Shown here piece by piece: positions 1 to 9,577 of a DNA stretch of 32,000 nt. The notes under the pieces were generated by a model. The model ran no database searches, had not been told where the DNA came from, and was given only the letters and a program-made list of their open reading frames with translations. This DNA is from Puniceicoccales bacterium (GTDB lineage: Bacteria > Verrucomicrobiota > Verrucomicrobiia > Opitutales > JAIRLG01): NCBI GenBank assembly GCA_031288595.1, contig JAITRB010000002.1:7739-39738 (forward strand), written 5' to 3'. Numbering within the stretch: the first letter of the stretch is position 1; each line of letters begins with the position of its first letter. The position numbers were made by a program, and so were the translations under genes.

Positions 1-1342
1 CGTCGTACTGCTTCTCCAGTAAATGCGTTTCCATCTGCTTCATCGTTTCCAGAATAACGCCCACAGCGATCAGGGTTCCGGTACCTCCAAAGAACATCGC
101 CACGGTGTAAGGAATTCTGAACGAGAAGTAGAGAAAATCGGGGAAAAGGGCGATGACGGTCAGAAAGATCGCACCGGCCAGGGTCAAGCGGGTCATGATG
201 AAATCCAGAAACTCAGCGGTGGCGGAGCCCGGACGCACCCCCGGGATATACCCCCCGTTCTTCTTCAGATCATCCGCAATTTGGGTCGGGCGAAACATGA
301 TGGAGACCCAGAAGTAGCTGAATCCCAGGATCATGCTGCCATAGCTCAGATAATAGAACCAGGAGCCGTGCATCAGGATATAGGAGAGGCGCTGGAAGAG
401 CGTCACGCCTGTCGCAGCCCCTAGATAGGCGAATATCTGCTGCGGGAAGAGCAGAATCGCGCTGGCAAAAATCACTGGCATAACGCCGGCGTAATTCACC
501 TTCAAGGGCAAAAACGAGACCTGCCCGCCGTAGACCTTATGCCCTATGATGCGCTTGGCATACTGAATGGGGATCTTCCGCGTGGCCTGGGTCATGGCGA
601 TCATGGCCGCCATCACCGCCAGCAGCAGTGCGAGCATAAGCACCGCCTGAAACAGTCCATATTGCGGGCCTTCCACTCCGATCGGCTGATGGAACATCGC
701 CCAGGTCTGAGAAATGGCTCGCGGCAGAGAGGAGAGGATACCGACCGTGATCAAAAGCGAGATGCCATTCCCCACCCCATTCTGGGTAATGCGATCCCCC
801 AACCAGGTCAAGATCATCGTACCAGCTGTCAGAAAAATGGTCGAATTGATCAGGAACCAGCTATGGCTCATGACGACGATTTCGCCATACAGCTCCTTAT
901 TGAAGCCGGTGAATAATTTTTCCGGATAATTCATCAGGGCCAACACCAGCAAAATTCCCTGGATGAGGCAGATAAGAACGGTTAGGTAGCGGGTATACTG
1001 GGCGATGCGCTGACGCCCATTCTGCTCCTTCTGCACCCGCGCCAAGGTCGGCATTACCGCCGACATCAATTGCAGGATGATCGAGGCGCTGATATAGGGC
1101 ATGACCCCAAGGCCAAAGATGGCGCCTTTCAGAAAAGCCCCACCGGTGAACATGTTATAGAGACCGATCAGACTGGAGGTATTACCCGCCTGGGTCGCGA
1201 AGAAATCGTGCAGCGGTTTGGGATCGAGGCCGGGTAGGGGGATGCTCGCGCCGACACGGGCTACGAAGAGCAGCGACAGCGTGAACAAAATTTTACGCCG
1301 CAGGTCGGGCACTCGAATACAATCCACAAAGGCCGACAACAT
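1..1342 (-). CDS. secY: Preprotein translocase subunit SecY (C-terminus lies beyond the left window edge)
   Basis: The minus frame is open from ATG (1342-1340) to position 1. It is missing from the ORF track because no stop lies in the window. My translation is MLSAFVDCIRVPDLRRKILFTLSLLFVARVGASIPLPG...GVMPYISASIILQLM...NGISLLITVGI...FFGGTGTLIAVGVILETMKQ, typical SecY. It sits directly downstream of rplO, as in spc operons. Confidence 0.95.
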   Translation of the reverse strand, partial: MLSAFVDCIRVPDLRRKILFTLSLLFVARVGASIPLPGLDPKPLHDFFATQAGNTSSLIGLYNMFTGGAFLKGAIFGLGVMPYISASIILQLMSAVMPTLARVQKEQNGRQRIAQYTRYLTVLICLIQGILLVLALMNYPEKLFTGFNKELYGEIVVMSHSWFLINSTIFLTAGTMILTWLGDRITQNGVGNGISLLITVGILSSLPRAISQTWAMFHQPIGVEGPQYGLFQAVLMLALLLAVMAAMIAMTQATRKIPIQYAKRIIGHKVYGGQVSFLPLKVNYAGVMPVIFASAILLFPQQIFAYLGAATGVTLFQRLSYILMHGSWFYYLSYGSMILGFSYFWVSIMFRPTQIADDLKKNGGYIPGVRPGSATAEFLDFIMTRLTLAGAIFLTVIALFPDFLYFSFRIPYTVAMFFGGTGTLIAVGVILETMKQMETHLLEKQYD

Positions 1343-1348
1343 CCCCTG

Positions 1349-1987
1349 CTATTCCTCCGGTTGTTCCTGAGCTTTGGGGGCCAGTGCCTGCTCGGCTGGT
1401 GCCTTTTTCTTCGGAGTCCCTTCCTGCGAGGCAGCTTCCGAGAGCGATTCCTCTGGCTTCGGACTCCCAGAAACCCTCTTCCTCGCCGCAGACCTCTTCT
1501 GCTCGGCCACTCCCCCTTCCGGTGCAATATCTTTCACCTCCGGTTTGGGGCTCAACTCCTGAACTTCCCCGCCGGCGGCCAAAATTTTCGCCTTTGCGGC
1601 GCGCGAAAAGCGGTCCGCCACCACTTTACAGGGGCGATCCCAATCCCCTTCACCGAGAATCTTGACGAAGCGTGCGCTGGTCGACAGAATGCCCTTTTCG
1701 ACCAGTACTTGGCGGTCGATGAGCTCCACTTCACCACAGCGAGCCAAGTCCTTTAGATTTGCATAACCCTCGCCCAGAGCTGAGCGAGGATGTTTAAAGC
1801 CACGCTTTGGCAGGCGGCGATAGAAGGGGATACCGGAGGCGATAGGGGAGGGGGTATAACCTGCCCGCGCCTTGCCGCCCTTGTGACCGCGGCCACTCGT
1901 CTGTCCCAGACCGGAACCGCCTCCGCGGCCGACGCGTTTGCGCGCTTTGCCGGAATTCTTTCCGCGAATCAAGGTGTGCAATTTCAT
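1349..1987 (-). CDS. rplO: 50S ribosomal protein L15, with a ~65-aa charged low-complexity C-terminal extension
   Basis: ORF track 212 aa, ATG at 1987-1985. The N-terminus KRVGRGGGSGLGQTSGRGHKGGKAR is the L15 signature. It lies between rpsE and secY. Confidence 0.95.
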   Translation of the reverse strand: MKLHTLIRGKNSGKARKRVGRGGGSGLGQTSGRGHKGGKARAGYTPSPIASGIPFYRRLPKRGFKHPRSALGEGYANLKDLARCGEVELIDRQVLVEKGILSTSARFVKILGEGDWDRPCKVVADRFSRAAKAKILAAGGEVQELSPKPEVKDIAPEGGVAEQKRSAARKRVSGSPKPEESLSEAASQEGTPKKKAPAEQALAPKAQEQPEE

Positions 1988-1998
1988 CGTCTGCAGTA

Positions 1999-2556
1999 TT
2001 AATGAACCCCATCCGGCACAGCACAGCGCAGGGCCTGCACCTGCTCCAGCGTCCTCAACTGAGAAAGGGCGTTCAGGGTCGCATGGACCACCGAAGCTGG
2101 ATTACTGGAGCCCAGGGATTTGGAAAGAATATTTTTCACGCCGAGCACCTCCAGTACATGGCGTACGCTGCCCCCCGCGATGACGCCGGTTCCCGGGGAA
2201 GCGGGCCTCAAAATAACCCGTCCGCCATCAGCCCGACCCTCCACACTGTGCGGGATCGTGGCCTCCCGAAGCGCATAGGCGCGCAGATTCTGCTTCGCCC
2301 GCTCCGTCGCTTTGCGCACCGCATCGCTCACCTCCTTGGACTTACCTTTACCTAGGCCTGCCCGACCGGCCCGGTCGCCCACCACTACCAGGGCCGAGAA
2401 ATTAAAACGCCGGCCACCCTTCACCACTTTGGCACAGCGATTGATATGAATCAGCTTATCTACCAGTTTACCGGCTTCCCGTTCCCGAGGGACTCGACGA
2501 TCGACCCTTTCCCGTCGCCGCCGTTCCCGTCCTCCACTACCCTGTTCATTCATCAT
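1999..2556 (-). CDS. rpsE: 30S ribosomal protein S5
   Basis: ORF track 185 aa. INRCAKVVKGGRRFNFSALVVVGD and GTGVIAGGSVR are S5 motifs. Arg-rich N-terminal extension. Operon position fits. Confidence 0.96.
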   Translation of the reverse strand: MMNEQGSGGRERRRRERVDRRVPREREAGKLVDKLIHINRCAKVVKGGRRFNFSALVVVGDRAGRAGLGKGKSKEVSDAVRKATERAKQNLRAYALREATIPHSVEGRADGGRVILRPASPGTGVIAGGSVRHVLEVLGVKNILSKSLGSSNPASVVHATLNALSQLRTLEQVQALRCAVPDGVH

Positions 2557-2578
2557 AGAAGCTCAGTCATTTCGGGTA

Positions 2579-2941
2579 TTAAAAATCGAGACCCGCCTCG
2601 CGGGCCGCATCGGCAAATGCGCACAGTACGCCGTGATACCGACGTTCCCCACGGTCAAAGATCACCTTTGAAATGCCACAGGCAATGGCCCTTTTACCGA
2701 ATGCCTCTCCCAGGATCTTGGCCCCCGCCTGGTTGGCCTTCAAAGCCTGCTCCCGCAGTACCTTATCCAAAGTCGACAGAGCTACCAGCGTACGCCCCTG
2801 AATATCATCGATGCACTGGGCGTAGCCATGCCTATGGCTGAAATGCAGCGATAAGCGCGGCCGCTCAGCGCTCCCCTCGATCCGGCGTCTCACCCGCCAA
2901 CGGCGCCGTTGTGCGATACACTGCTTATCTTCCAATTTCAT
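2579..2941 (-). CDS. rplR: 50S ribosomal protein L18
   Basis: ORF track 120 aa. It has the RRRIEGSAERPRLSL...FDRGERRYHG pattern typical of L18 and lies between rplF and rpsE. Confidence 0.95.
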   Translation of the reverse strand: MKLEDKQCIAQRRRWRVRRRIEGSAERPRLSLHFSHRHGYAQCIDDIQGRTLVALSTLDKVLREQALKANQAGAKILGEAFGKRAIACGISKVIFDRGERRYHGVLCAFADAAREAGLDF

Positions 2942-2979
2942 GAAAAAGTTTCCCGATATTAATCATTTTCGCAAGCATT

Positions 2980-3516
2980 CTAGGCCGTCTTCTTGCCCTC
3001 CTTGTGCCGAACGAATTCACCCACAATCCTCACACCCTTGCCCTTGTAGGGCTCCACCGGATAGAAATGCTTGATGTCCGCAGCCACCTGCCCCACCAGG
3101 AATTTACTCGGGCTTTCGACGCGAATCTTCGTCGACTCCGACACATTCACCGTCACGTTAGACGGAATCTCGTAGCGAATGGGATGGGAGTAGCCGAGGT
3201 TCAGGTCGAGCATGTGGGCATTCACCGTGGCCTTGAAGCCGACACCCACGATTTCCAGTTCTTTGAAAAAGGGCTCCTGCACCCCCCGAATCATGGAGCG
3301 AATGATGGAGGCCGCCGTGCCATGCATCGCCCGAGCAAGACGGCTGTGTCCCCTAGGCCTTACCCAAATCTGCTTTCCGTCAGCCTCGATACTCACGGCC
3401 TCGGCGAATGCCTGTTCCAGCCTGCCCTTTGGCCCCTCAACCACCACCTTCGTTTCCTCGATACCGACCTTCACGGAAGGAGGGATTTCCAGAGGGGACT
3501 TTCCAATTCTGCTCAT
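2980..3516 (-). CDS. rplF: 50S ribosomal protein L6
   Basis: ORF track 178 aa. MSRIGKSPLEIPPSVKV...LNLGYSHPI...YKGKGVR is typical L6. GGAG lies about 10 nt upstream of the ATG. Confidence 0.96.
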   Translation of the reverse strand: MSRIGKSPLEIPPSVKVGIEETKVVVEGPKGRLEQAFAEAVSIEADGKQIWVRPRGHSRLARAMHGTAASIIRSMIRGVQEPFFKELEIVGVGFKATVNAHMLDLNLGYSHPIRYEIPSNVTVNVSESTKIRVESPSKFLVGQVAADIKHFYPVEPYKGKGVRIVGEFVRHKEGKKTA

Positions 3517-3530
3517 GTTTCAACTCCAGA

Positions 3531-3920
3531 TCACCAGACCTTGCAGAGCAGCTCTCCCCCAACGTTCTGCTTCCGCGCCTCCGCTCCTTTCAACACCCCA
3601 TGTGAAGTGCTCAGAATCGCCGTTCCCAAGCCGCCCAGTATCCGAGGGATGCGCTCGCGGCTGCAGTAGAGACGACAACCTGGCCGGCTACAGCGCTCGA
3701 TGCCCACCAGGGCGGAATTGCCCTGAACGTATTTCAAGAAAATTGAAAAGTGGCGGTGATGGCGCTCATCCTCATCCACTTTGAAGTCGGCTATGTAGCC
3801 CTCGTCCCTCAAAATTCTCAGAATTCCCTCCCGCAACTTGGAGGCCGGCGCACAGCAGGCCAATTTTTTGGCCCGACTTGCGTTGCGCAAAATACTCAAA
3901 AAATCTCCGACACTGTCCAT
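3531..3920 (-). CDS. rpsH: 30S ribosomal protein S8
   Basis: ORF track 129 aa. The DFLSILRNA start and GGELLCKVW end are typical S8. Confidence 0.96.
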   Translation of the reverse strand: MDSVGDFLSILRNASRAKKLACCAPASKLREGILRILRDEGYIADFKVDEDERHHRHFSIFLKYVQGNSALVGIERCSRPGCRLYCSRERIPRILGGLGTAILSTSHGVLKGAEARKQNVGGELLCKVW

Positions 3921-3929
3921 ATCACCTGC

Positions 3930-4235
3930 TCACCAGGATGCCTTTATTACCCCGGGCAATTTCCCAAAGGCGACCATTTCCCGTAACTGGATGCGAGAAA
4001 CTCCAAAGCGACCGAAGTAGGCCCGACCGCGGCCGGTGATGGCACAGCGATGGCGCACCCGCACCGGCGATGCGTCACGGGGCAGCTCGGACAGGCCCCG
4101 TCTAGCGGCAAAAAATGCCTCGTCCGTCGTCTCCGGATTCCGCAGGGTATCCTTTAATTCCTTACGGCGCTCCGCATAACGGGTGACCATCGCCTCCCGC
4201 TTCAAATTCCGCACTATCACCGATTTCTTTGCCAT
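3930..4235 (-). CDS. rpsN: 30S ribosomal protein S14 (long form without a CxxC zinc motif)
   Basis: The ORF track starts at a TTG (4244). The ATG at 4235-4233 gives MAKKSVIVRNLKRE...VSRIQLREMVAFGKLPGVIKASW, the canonical S14 N- and C-termini (101 aa). Confidence 0.93.
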   Translation of the reverse strand: MAKKSVIVRNLKREAMVTRYAERRKELKDTLRNPETTDEAFFAARRGLSELPRDASPVRVRHRCAITGRGRAYFGRFGVSRIQLREMVAFGKLPGVIKASW

Positions 4236-4262
4236 GTTCTCCAAAAAAATTCGTCCGCCCTC

Positions 4263-4814
4263 TCACTTCATCCGGAACGGTGCCCCCATGAGCCTCAAGA
4301 ACTCCAGCGCCTCTGCATCCGTCTTGGCCGAAGTGACCACCGTGACATCCATACCGACATTCTTTTTTCGCTCGTGATCAATACTTATTTCCGGGAAAAT
4401 CGTATGGTCGACGACCCCAAGGGTGTAATTGCCCCGTCCGTCGAACTTAGCCGACAGTCCCCGGAAGTCCCGAGAAACTGGCAGCGCGATATTCACCAAC
4501 CGCGACCAGAACTCGTACATCTGGCGGCCGCGCAGCGTGACTTTCACCCCATTCGGCATGCCTTTCCGCAGTTTGAAATTGGAAATACTCTGGCGGGCCC
4601 GCACGATGATGGGTTTCTGGGCCGCGATGAGACCGACATCCTTCTCCACCTCCGCTATCCAAGACTTCTCACTGTCAGCACTCAGGGCAGAATTGATGAC
4701 GATTTTTTCCAGCCAGGGTACCTGGTGACGGTTCTTGTAGCCGAATTTTTCCCGCAGCGCTGGCACGACCTTCTGCTCGTAGTGCTCCTTCATCGCCGAC
4801 TTCACCGCTTCCAT
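4263..4814 (-). CDS. rplE: 50S ribosomal protein L5
   Basis: ORF track 183 aa. It contains NRHQVPWLEKIVIN...FRGLS..FDGRGNYTLG...FPEI, all L5 motifs. Confidence 0.96.
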   Translation of the reverse strand: MEAVKSAMKEHYEQKVVPALREKFGYKNRHQVPWLEKIVINSALSADSEKSWIAEVEKDVGLIAAQKPIIVRARQSISNFKLRKGMPNGVKVTLRGRQMYEFWSRLVNIALPVSRDFRGLSAKFDGRGNYTLGVVDHTIFPEISIDHERKKNVGMDVTVVTSAKTDAEALEFLRLMGAPFRMK

Positions 4815-4840
4815 GTTCGCTTTCTCCTCGATTCACCGCT

Positions 4841-5131
4841 TCACAACCCCTCTTCACCAGGCGACAGCTCCGACCTCTGCCCTCGAGCGGCCGTTCTCGC
4901 CTCGAAATGGGACAACAGCATCACATTGGAGTAATGCACACTGCCTTCTTTTTCGATAATGGCACCCTCCGGATATTCCCGTGACTTCTTTATGTGGCGC
5001 TTATGCATCGCCACGCCTTCCACGACGACCCGACAACGCTCCCTCAGCACGCTCAGAACTTTCCCCCGCTTGCCCCTATGAGCACCGGAAATCACTACCA
5101 CCTCATCGTCCCGCTTAATCCTGTACTTCAT
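4841..5131 (-). CDS. rplX: 50S ribosomal protein L24
   Basis: ORF track 96 aa. It has the KOW-like [21 protein letters not shown]. Its ATG overlaps the rplN stop (ATGA). Confidence 0.94.
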   Translation of the reverse strand: MKYRIKRDDEVVVISGAHRGKRGKVLSVLRERCRVVVEGVAMHKRHIKKSREYPEGAIIEKEGSVHYSNVMLLSHFEARTAARGQRSELSPGEEGL

Positions 5132-5493
5132 AAGACCTCCGGCGCCAAGGACAGGATTTTCGTAAAGTTCTTCCGGCGCAATTCCCGAGCTACGGGTCCG
5201 AAAATACGCGTTCCCTTCGGATTGCCCTTGTCATCGATGATGACGCAGGCATTGGAGTCAAAGCGCAGCACACTACCATCCGCTCGCCGAATGGGGGCCC
5301 TCGTACGTACCACCACGGCCCGAGCCACACTGCCCTTCTTTACCGCTGCATCCGGTGTGCTCCTCTTGACCGCCACCACGATCACATCGCCCACCGAAGC
5401 CGTATCTGTTATCTGCCCCAGACGGCGAATCATCATCGCCTTCCGGGCGCCGGTATTGTCGGCCACTTCGAGCAAGCTCTGCTGTTGCAACAT
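5128..5493 (-). CDS. rplN: 50S ribosomal protein L14
   Basis: ORF track 121 aa. [18 protein letters not shown]...[12 protein letters not shown]...[12 protein letters not shown] is canonical L14. Confidence 0.97.
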   Translation of the reverse strand: MLQQQSLLEVADNTGARKAMMIRRLGQITDTASVGDVIVVAVKRSTPDAAVKKGSVARAVVVRTRAPIRRADGSVLRFDSNACVIIDDKGNPKGTRIFGPVARELRRKNFTKILSLAPEVL

Positions 5494-5495
5494 GC

Positions 5496-5807
5496 CTAAA
5501 TCTCCTCCGCTTTCTCCGCTCTCGGCGTTCTCGCCAGTATTCGCACCACTCGCCAGCGCTTGAGATGGCTCAATGGACGGGTTTCCATCAATTCCACTTT
5601 ATCCCCACACTGGCATTCGTTATTCGCGTCATGGGCGTGCAGCACTGTCCGGCGTCGCATCTCCTTCTTATAGAGCGGATGAGGGGCCTTGTAGGCATAG
5701 GACAACTTCACCGTTTTATCCCCGCTGCGCCCGATGACCACCGCCACCAGCGCCTTCCGCCGACTCCTCGGTTTTTCCTCAGTTCTCACTCCTGTCTCTT
5801 CACTCAT
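5496..5807 (-). CDS. rpsQ: 30S ribosomal protein S17
   Basis: The first codon in the ORF track (5810) is GTG, and the adjacent ATG (5807-5805) is used here. GDKTVKLSY...HPLYKK...[24 protein letters not shown] is S17-like. Confidence 0.92.
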   Translation of the reverse strand: MSEETGVRTEEKPRSRRKALVAVVIGRSGDKTVKLSYAYKAPHPLYKKEMRRRTVLHAHDANNECQCGDKVELMETRPLSHLKRWRVVRILARTPRAEKAEEI

Positions 5808-5816
5808 CACTCATTC

Positions 5817-6050
5817 CTACTTGTCGATCCTGTCCCCCATCTTCCCCATTTCCTTTTCCCTCATCCTGGAAAAGGTTTCCAGGCGGGCGATTTCCTTTCG
5901 CAGGGCCCGCAGCAGGTGCGGTTTACCGGACGTGCCCAGGCGCCTCTTCAGACGTAAGTCCAAAAGCTCGTCCCGGGCCTGCTTCAGGCGCTCGCCCAAC
6001 TCTCGCAAATCCAAATTCTTAAGTTCTGTCGTCACTGCAGGATTCCTCAT
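5817..6050 (-). CDS. rpmC: 50S ribosomal protein L29
   Basis: ORF track 77 aa. [22 protein letters not shown] is typical L29. ATGA overlap with the rplP stop. Confidence 0.93.
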   Translation of the reverse strand: MRNPAVTTELKNLDLRELGERLKQARDELLDLRLKRRLGTSGKPHLLRALRKEIARLETFSRMREKEMGKMGDRIDK

Positions 6051-6463
6051 TCTCCTTGGCTGATGAATCGGCAGCGAAAAGGAAGTTTCCTATCCGCTAG
6101 ACGCATCGCCTCTCGGGCCACCGTCGCCGACACACCGGAGAGCTCGAACAACACGCGGCCTGGTTTGATTACCGAGACCCAGTACTCGACGGGACCCTTG
6201 CCCTTGCCCATGCGGGTTTCGGCTGGCTTTTTCGTGACCGGTTTATGGGGAAAAATGCGCACCCACATCTTGCCCTTGCGCTTGAGATGGCGGTTAATCG
6301 CAACGCGGGCCGCCTCGATCTGAGACGAGCTCATTTGCCCTCGCGCTAGAGCCTGGATGCCAAAATCACCGAAGGACAACGCATCACCGCCCTTGGCATG
6401 GCCGCGATTTCGGCCTTTGAAAACCTTGCGGAACTTCGTTTTGGCGGGTGACAGCTTGGCCAT
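6047..6463 (-). CDS. rplP: 50S ribosomal protein L16
   Basis: ORF track 138 aa. It contains [11 protein letters not shown]...[36 protein letters not shown]. Confidence 0.97.
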   Translation of the reverse strand: MAKLSPAKTKFRKVFKGRNRGHAKGGDALSFGDFGIQALARGQMSSSQIEAARVAINRHLKRKGKMWVRIFPHKPVTKKPAETRMGKGKGPVEYWVSVIKPGRVLFELSGVSATVAREAMRLADRKLPFRCRFISQGE

Positions 6464-6483
6464 ACCGATGCATTATTAAAGTC

Positions 6484-7122
6484 TCAAGAGACAGACTTCC
6501 CCTCCCGTGGATGGCAAATCCAGCACTTCACGCCGATGACCCCATAGACGGTCTTCGCCTCTATAAAGCCGTAATCGATATTCTCCTTCAAAGTGTGCAG
6601 AGGGACCCGACCGGCCCGCTGAGATTCCGTCCGTGCGATTTCCGCACCGCCCAAGCGACCGGAACATTGGACCCGAATACCCTCAGCGCCCAGGGCCATG
6701 GAGGTCTGAATCGCCTTCTTCAGCACGCGGCGGAAGGACATTCGGCGTTCCAACTGGGCTGCGATATTACTGGCTACCAGTGAAGCCTCTAAATCCGGCT
6801 GTCGCACCTCCTCCACATCCACCAAAACCTCGTGCCCGACCGCTTTCCGAAGCCCCTCCGTCAGTTTTTCCAAATCCTGCCCCCGACGGCCGATGATCAG
6901 GCCGGGACGGGCTGAATGCACCTTCACCCGCACGCGGCCCCCTGCTCGCTCGATGAATGTCTTTGAGCAGGAGGCGGATTTAAGCTTTTGGTTCAAAAAA
7001 TGGCGAATGATATGATCTTCCTTCAGGAAGGAGGCATAACTCTTCTTGTCCGCAAACCAACGGGATTCCCAGTCCCGACGAACCGAGAGGCGTAGCGCGA
7101 TCGGATTGGCCTTCTGTCCCAT
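6484..7122 (-). CDS. rpsC: 30S ribosomal protein S3
   Basis: The ORF-track entry (to 7356) overlaps rplV. The conserved start MGQKANPIALRL is the ATG at 7122-7120, 3 nt after the rplV stop. That gives 212 aa containing the KH and S3-C motifs. Confidence 0.95.
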   Translation of the reverse strand: MGQKANPIALRLSVRRDWESRWFADKKSYASFLKEDHIIRHFLNQKLKSASCSKTFIERAGGRVRVKVHSARPGLIIGRRGQDLEKLTEGLRKAVGHEVLVDVEEVRQPDLEASLVASNIAAQLERRMSFRRVLKKAIQTSMALGAEGIRVQCSGRLGGAEIARTESQRAGRVPLHTLKENIDYGFIEAKTVYGVIGVKCWICHPREGKSVS

Positions 7123-7124
7123 TT

Positions 7125-7493
7125 TCAATCCTCCAACTTCTCCGCAAGCACGAAGCGAATCCGACTCGATCTCCTGCGAATCGGGTGGGCAGAACCCCGT
7201 GCCGCCGGTATGAAGCGCTTCATCACCAAGCCCTGTTCGACGACCGCCTCCTTGATCCACAGATCGCGGCCGCTGAGCCCTCGGACATCGGCATTGGCCA
7301 TCGCACTGCGCAAGGTCTTTGCCGCATAAAAAGCCGACTTTCTCGGAATAAGGCACAGGTAATCCAGGGCTTCACCGGCCAAGCGTCCCGGAAGACAGCG
7401 CACCACCTCCCGAACCTTTTTCGGCGACATGCGCACCTGTCGCGCCAATGCCCGTGCCGCGATGATACCTGTATCCTCTTTAGCCGTCCTCAT
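7125..7493 (-). CDS. rplV: 50S ribosomal protein L22
   Basis: ORF track 122 aa. [14 protein letters not shown]...[11 protein letters not shown]...[20 protein letters not shown] is L22. ATGA overlap with the rpsS stop. Confidence 0.95.
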   Translation of the reverse strand: MRTAKEDTGIIAARALARQVRMSPKKVREVVRCLPGRLAGEALDYLCLIPRKSAFYAAKTLRSAMANADVRGLSGRDLWIKEAVVEQGLVMKRFIPAARGSAHPIRRRSSRIRFVLAEKLED

Positions 7494-7765
7494 GATGCCT
7501 TTTGCGTATGCGGGTTATGTGCCTTGAAGCTGCGGGTCAATGAAAATTCACCCAACTTATGCCCCACCATGTTCTCCGTTACGAAGACATCGTGAAAAAT
7601 CTTCCCATTGTGTACCTGGAAGGTCAGGCCGACGAATTCCGGAGTAATGGTCGAGCGGCGCGACCAGGTCTTAATCGGCTTGCGGGAATTCGTCTTCTGG
7701 GCCCGATCGACCTTGTCCATCAGGCTGACATCGACAAAAAATCCCTTTTTCGCAGAACGAGCCAT
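7490..7765 (-). CDS. rpsS: 30S ribosomal protein S19
   Basis: ORF track 91 aa. It contains KKGFFVD...[37 protein letters not shown]. Confidence 0.97.
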   Translation of the reverse strand: MARSAKKGFFVDVSLMDKVDRAQKTNSRKPIKTWSRRSTITPEFVGLTFQVHNGKIFHDVFVTENMVGHKLGEFSLTRSFKAHNPHTQKAS

Positions 7766-7777
7766 AATTTAAATCTT

Positions 7778-8620
7778 CTACTTCACATGTCTCCCGTTAC
7801 GCCGAACGAGAATCCTGCTGTTGGAAGGCTTGCTCTTGCGACGAGTTGGATAACCCTTGGCCAATTGCCCCCAAGGAGAAACCGGATGTCCGCCGCCGGA
7901 GGAACGTCCCTCGCCCCCTCCCTGGGGATGGTCGACTGGATTCATGGCCACCCCCCTCACACGGGGCCGCCGGTTCAGCCAGCGATTGCGACCGGCTTTA
8001 CCCAAAGAGCGCTTATTATGGTCCTCATTGCCCACCTGTCCCAACGTCGCTCGACAGCGTGCATCCAGGAGACGGATCTCTCCGCTCGGCAGCTTGACAC
8101 TCGCCTTCGTCCCCTCCAGCGAGACCAGATGGCAGGCCGTTCCGGCACTGCGCACGAGCTTCGCACCCCCATTCGGCTCCATTTCGACGCAGTGGATCGG
8201 AACCCCCAGGGGAATCCGGTGCAGCGGCAATGAAGTGCCAAAATGAAAATCTTCCGGAGTTTCCGAAAGATTCACGACCTTATCGCCCGACTTCAAATCC
8301 CGCGGAGCCAGCATATAGCACTTCTCACCATCGATAAAGTGGAGCAAGGCGATGCGGGCCGAGCGATTAGGGTCATACTCAATGCGGGCCACCTTGGCCT
8401 CGATGCCGAGTTTCCGGCGGATGAAATCGATTCTCCGATAGGAGCGCCGATGGCCGCCTCCGCGGCGACGGGAAGTGATGCGGCCATAGCAGTTGCGCCC
8501 ACAGGACCTCCGGTCTCCTTCGAGCAGAGTACTCTCGGCCTTACCCTTCCACAAAGCCTGCACATTCTTAAGATGAAAGCGCTCAGAAGGAGTCTTGGGC
8601 TTGACTTGGACGATGGCCAT
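7778..8620 (-). CDS. rplB: 50S ribosomal protein L2
   Basis: ORF track 280 aa. It contains GRNCYGRITSRRRGGGHRR.YR.IDF...GNEDH......KAGRNRWLNRRP.VRGVAMNPVDHP.GGGEGR. Confidence 0.97.
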   Translation of the reverse strand: MAIVQVKPKTPSERFHLKNVQALWKGKAESTLLEGDRRSCGRNCYGRITSRRRGGGHRRSYRRIDFIRRKLGIEAKVARIEYDPNRSARIALLHFIDGEKCYMLAPRDLKSGDKVVNLSETPEDFHFGTSLPLHRIPLGVPIHCVEMEPNGGAKLVRSAGTACHLVSLEGTKASVKLPSGEIRLLDARCRATLGQVGNEDHNKRSLGKAGRNRWLNRRPRVRGVAMNPVDHPQGGGEGRSSGGGHPVSPWGQLAKGYPTRRKSKPSNSRILVRRNGRHVK

Positions 8621-8635
8621 TTTCGAAAATTCTCC

Positions 8636-8923
8636 CTATACCAGGTCAATCGTCTCGCCTTCCCGCAGGGACACATAGGCTAGTCGTCGAGACACACTGC
8701 GGCCATAACGGCCGCGTTTGGAACGATCGCGCTTCCATTTCCCGGAGCGATTGAGCACATTCACCCGCCGTACGTGAACCTGAAATTTCTCCGCCACGGC
8801 TTTGGATATCTCAAAGGAAGAGGTATGCGGATAGACCTCGAAAGTGTACTGTCCCTTGGCCGTTAGCGCCGTTGCCTTTTCGGTCATCCAGAGACCCTTC
8901 AAAACTCTTTCCGGAAAACTCAT
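8636..8923 (-). CDS. rplW: 50S ribosomal protein L23
   Basis: The ORF-track entry (to 8986) runs into rplD. The ATG at 8923-8921 forms an ATGA overlap with the rplD stop and gives a 95-aa protein MSFPERVLKGLWMTEKAT...FEV...KAVAEKFQVHV..VNVLN, which is L23-like. Confidence 0.9.
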   Translation of the reverse strand: MSFPERVLKGLWMTEKATALTAKGQYTFEVYPHTSSFEISKAVAEKFQVHVRRVNVLNRSGKWKRDRSKRGRYGRSVSRRLAYVSLREGETIDLV

Positions 8924-9558
8924 GCGACCGCCTTCCATGCCATGCGTCCGGACAAAACCGTCACCGCACGCTCTGTCAAGATGCAAAAATCATTGTAGAC
9001 CAAGTCCAGGGCATTCACCGCCACGGCATCTACCAAGGACAAGCGGGCCAGATTGCGTCCAGCCCGAATGACATCTCCCTCGAATTCCGTATCTACTAGC
9101 AGACATTTTCCCTGCGGACTCATACGGGACAAAATCGGGAGCAATGCCCGGGTCTTCGCTTGAGGTAGTTCCAGGCGCTCCACCACGCAGGCCGCCCTTT
9201 CCGATGCGCGTTCAAAAAACGCACGGGCTAGGGCTAAGCGCCTCACCTGACGATTGACTTTACCGCCATAGACCCGCGGCTTGGGGCCGAAACTCACCCC
9301 ACCACCGCTCCAAATCGGACTGCGGCGAGAGCCCTGGCGAGCCATGCCCGTCCCCTTCTGCCGCCAGGGCTTCTTGCCTCCGCCGCTGACCTCACCCCTC
9401 GTCTTGGTACAAGCATTGCCCTGCCGCATTGATGCCCGTAAGATCTGGATTACGAAGCCCAAGGCCTCTCGTCCCTTAGCGCCCTCCAGCTCGGGAAAAT
9501 CGGCGAACTCCCTCTCCTCGCACTGGGTCGCATCCGGACTATAAAATTTCAACTTCAT
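8920..9558 (-). CDS. rplD: 50S ribosomal protein L4
   Basis: ORF track 212 aa. TKTRGEVSGGGKKPWRQKGTGMARQGSRRSPIWSGGGVSFGPKPR is the L4 signature. Confidence 0.96.
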   Translation of the reverse strand: MKLKFYSPDATQCEEREFADFPELEGAKGREALGFVIQILRASMRQGNACTKTRGEVSGGGKKPWRQKGTGMARQGSRRSPIWSGGGVSFGPKPRVYGGKVNRQVRRLALARAFFERASERAACVVERLELPQAKTRALLPILSRMSPQGKCLLVDTEFEGDVIRAGRNLARLSLVDAVAVNALDLVYNDFCILTERAVTVLSGRMAWKAVA

Positions 9559-9577
9559 GGACTATTCCCTCCACGAC

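Noticed and set aside
1361-1756. Plus-strand and alternative-frame ORFs over the L15 tail region (1361-1756, 1374-1562, 1384-1665, 1261-1527)
   Set aside because: They overlap rplO and secY, have P/R/S/L-rich low-complexity translations and lack start signals. They are shadows of the low-complexity L15 extension.
7123-7356. N-terminal 78-aa extension of the S3 ORF in the track, overlapping rplV
   Set aside because: The conserved S3 N-terminus MGQKANPIALRL begins at ATG 7122, 3 nt after the rplV stop. The extension is out-of-frame read-through of rplV sequence.
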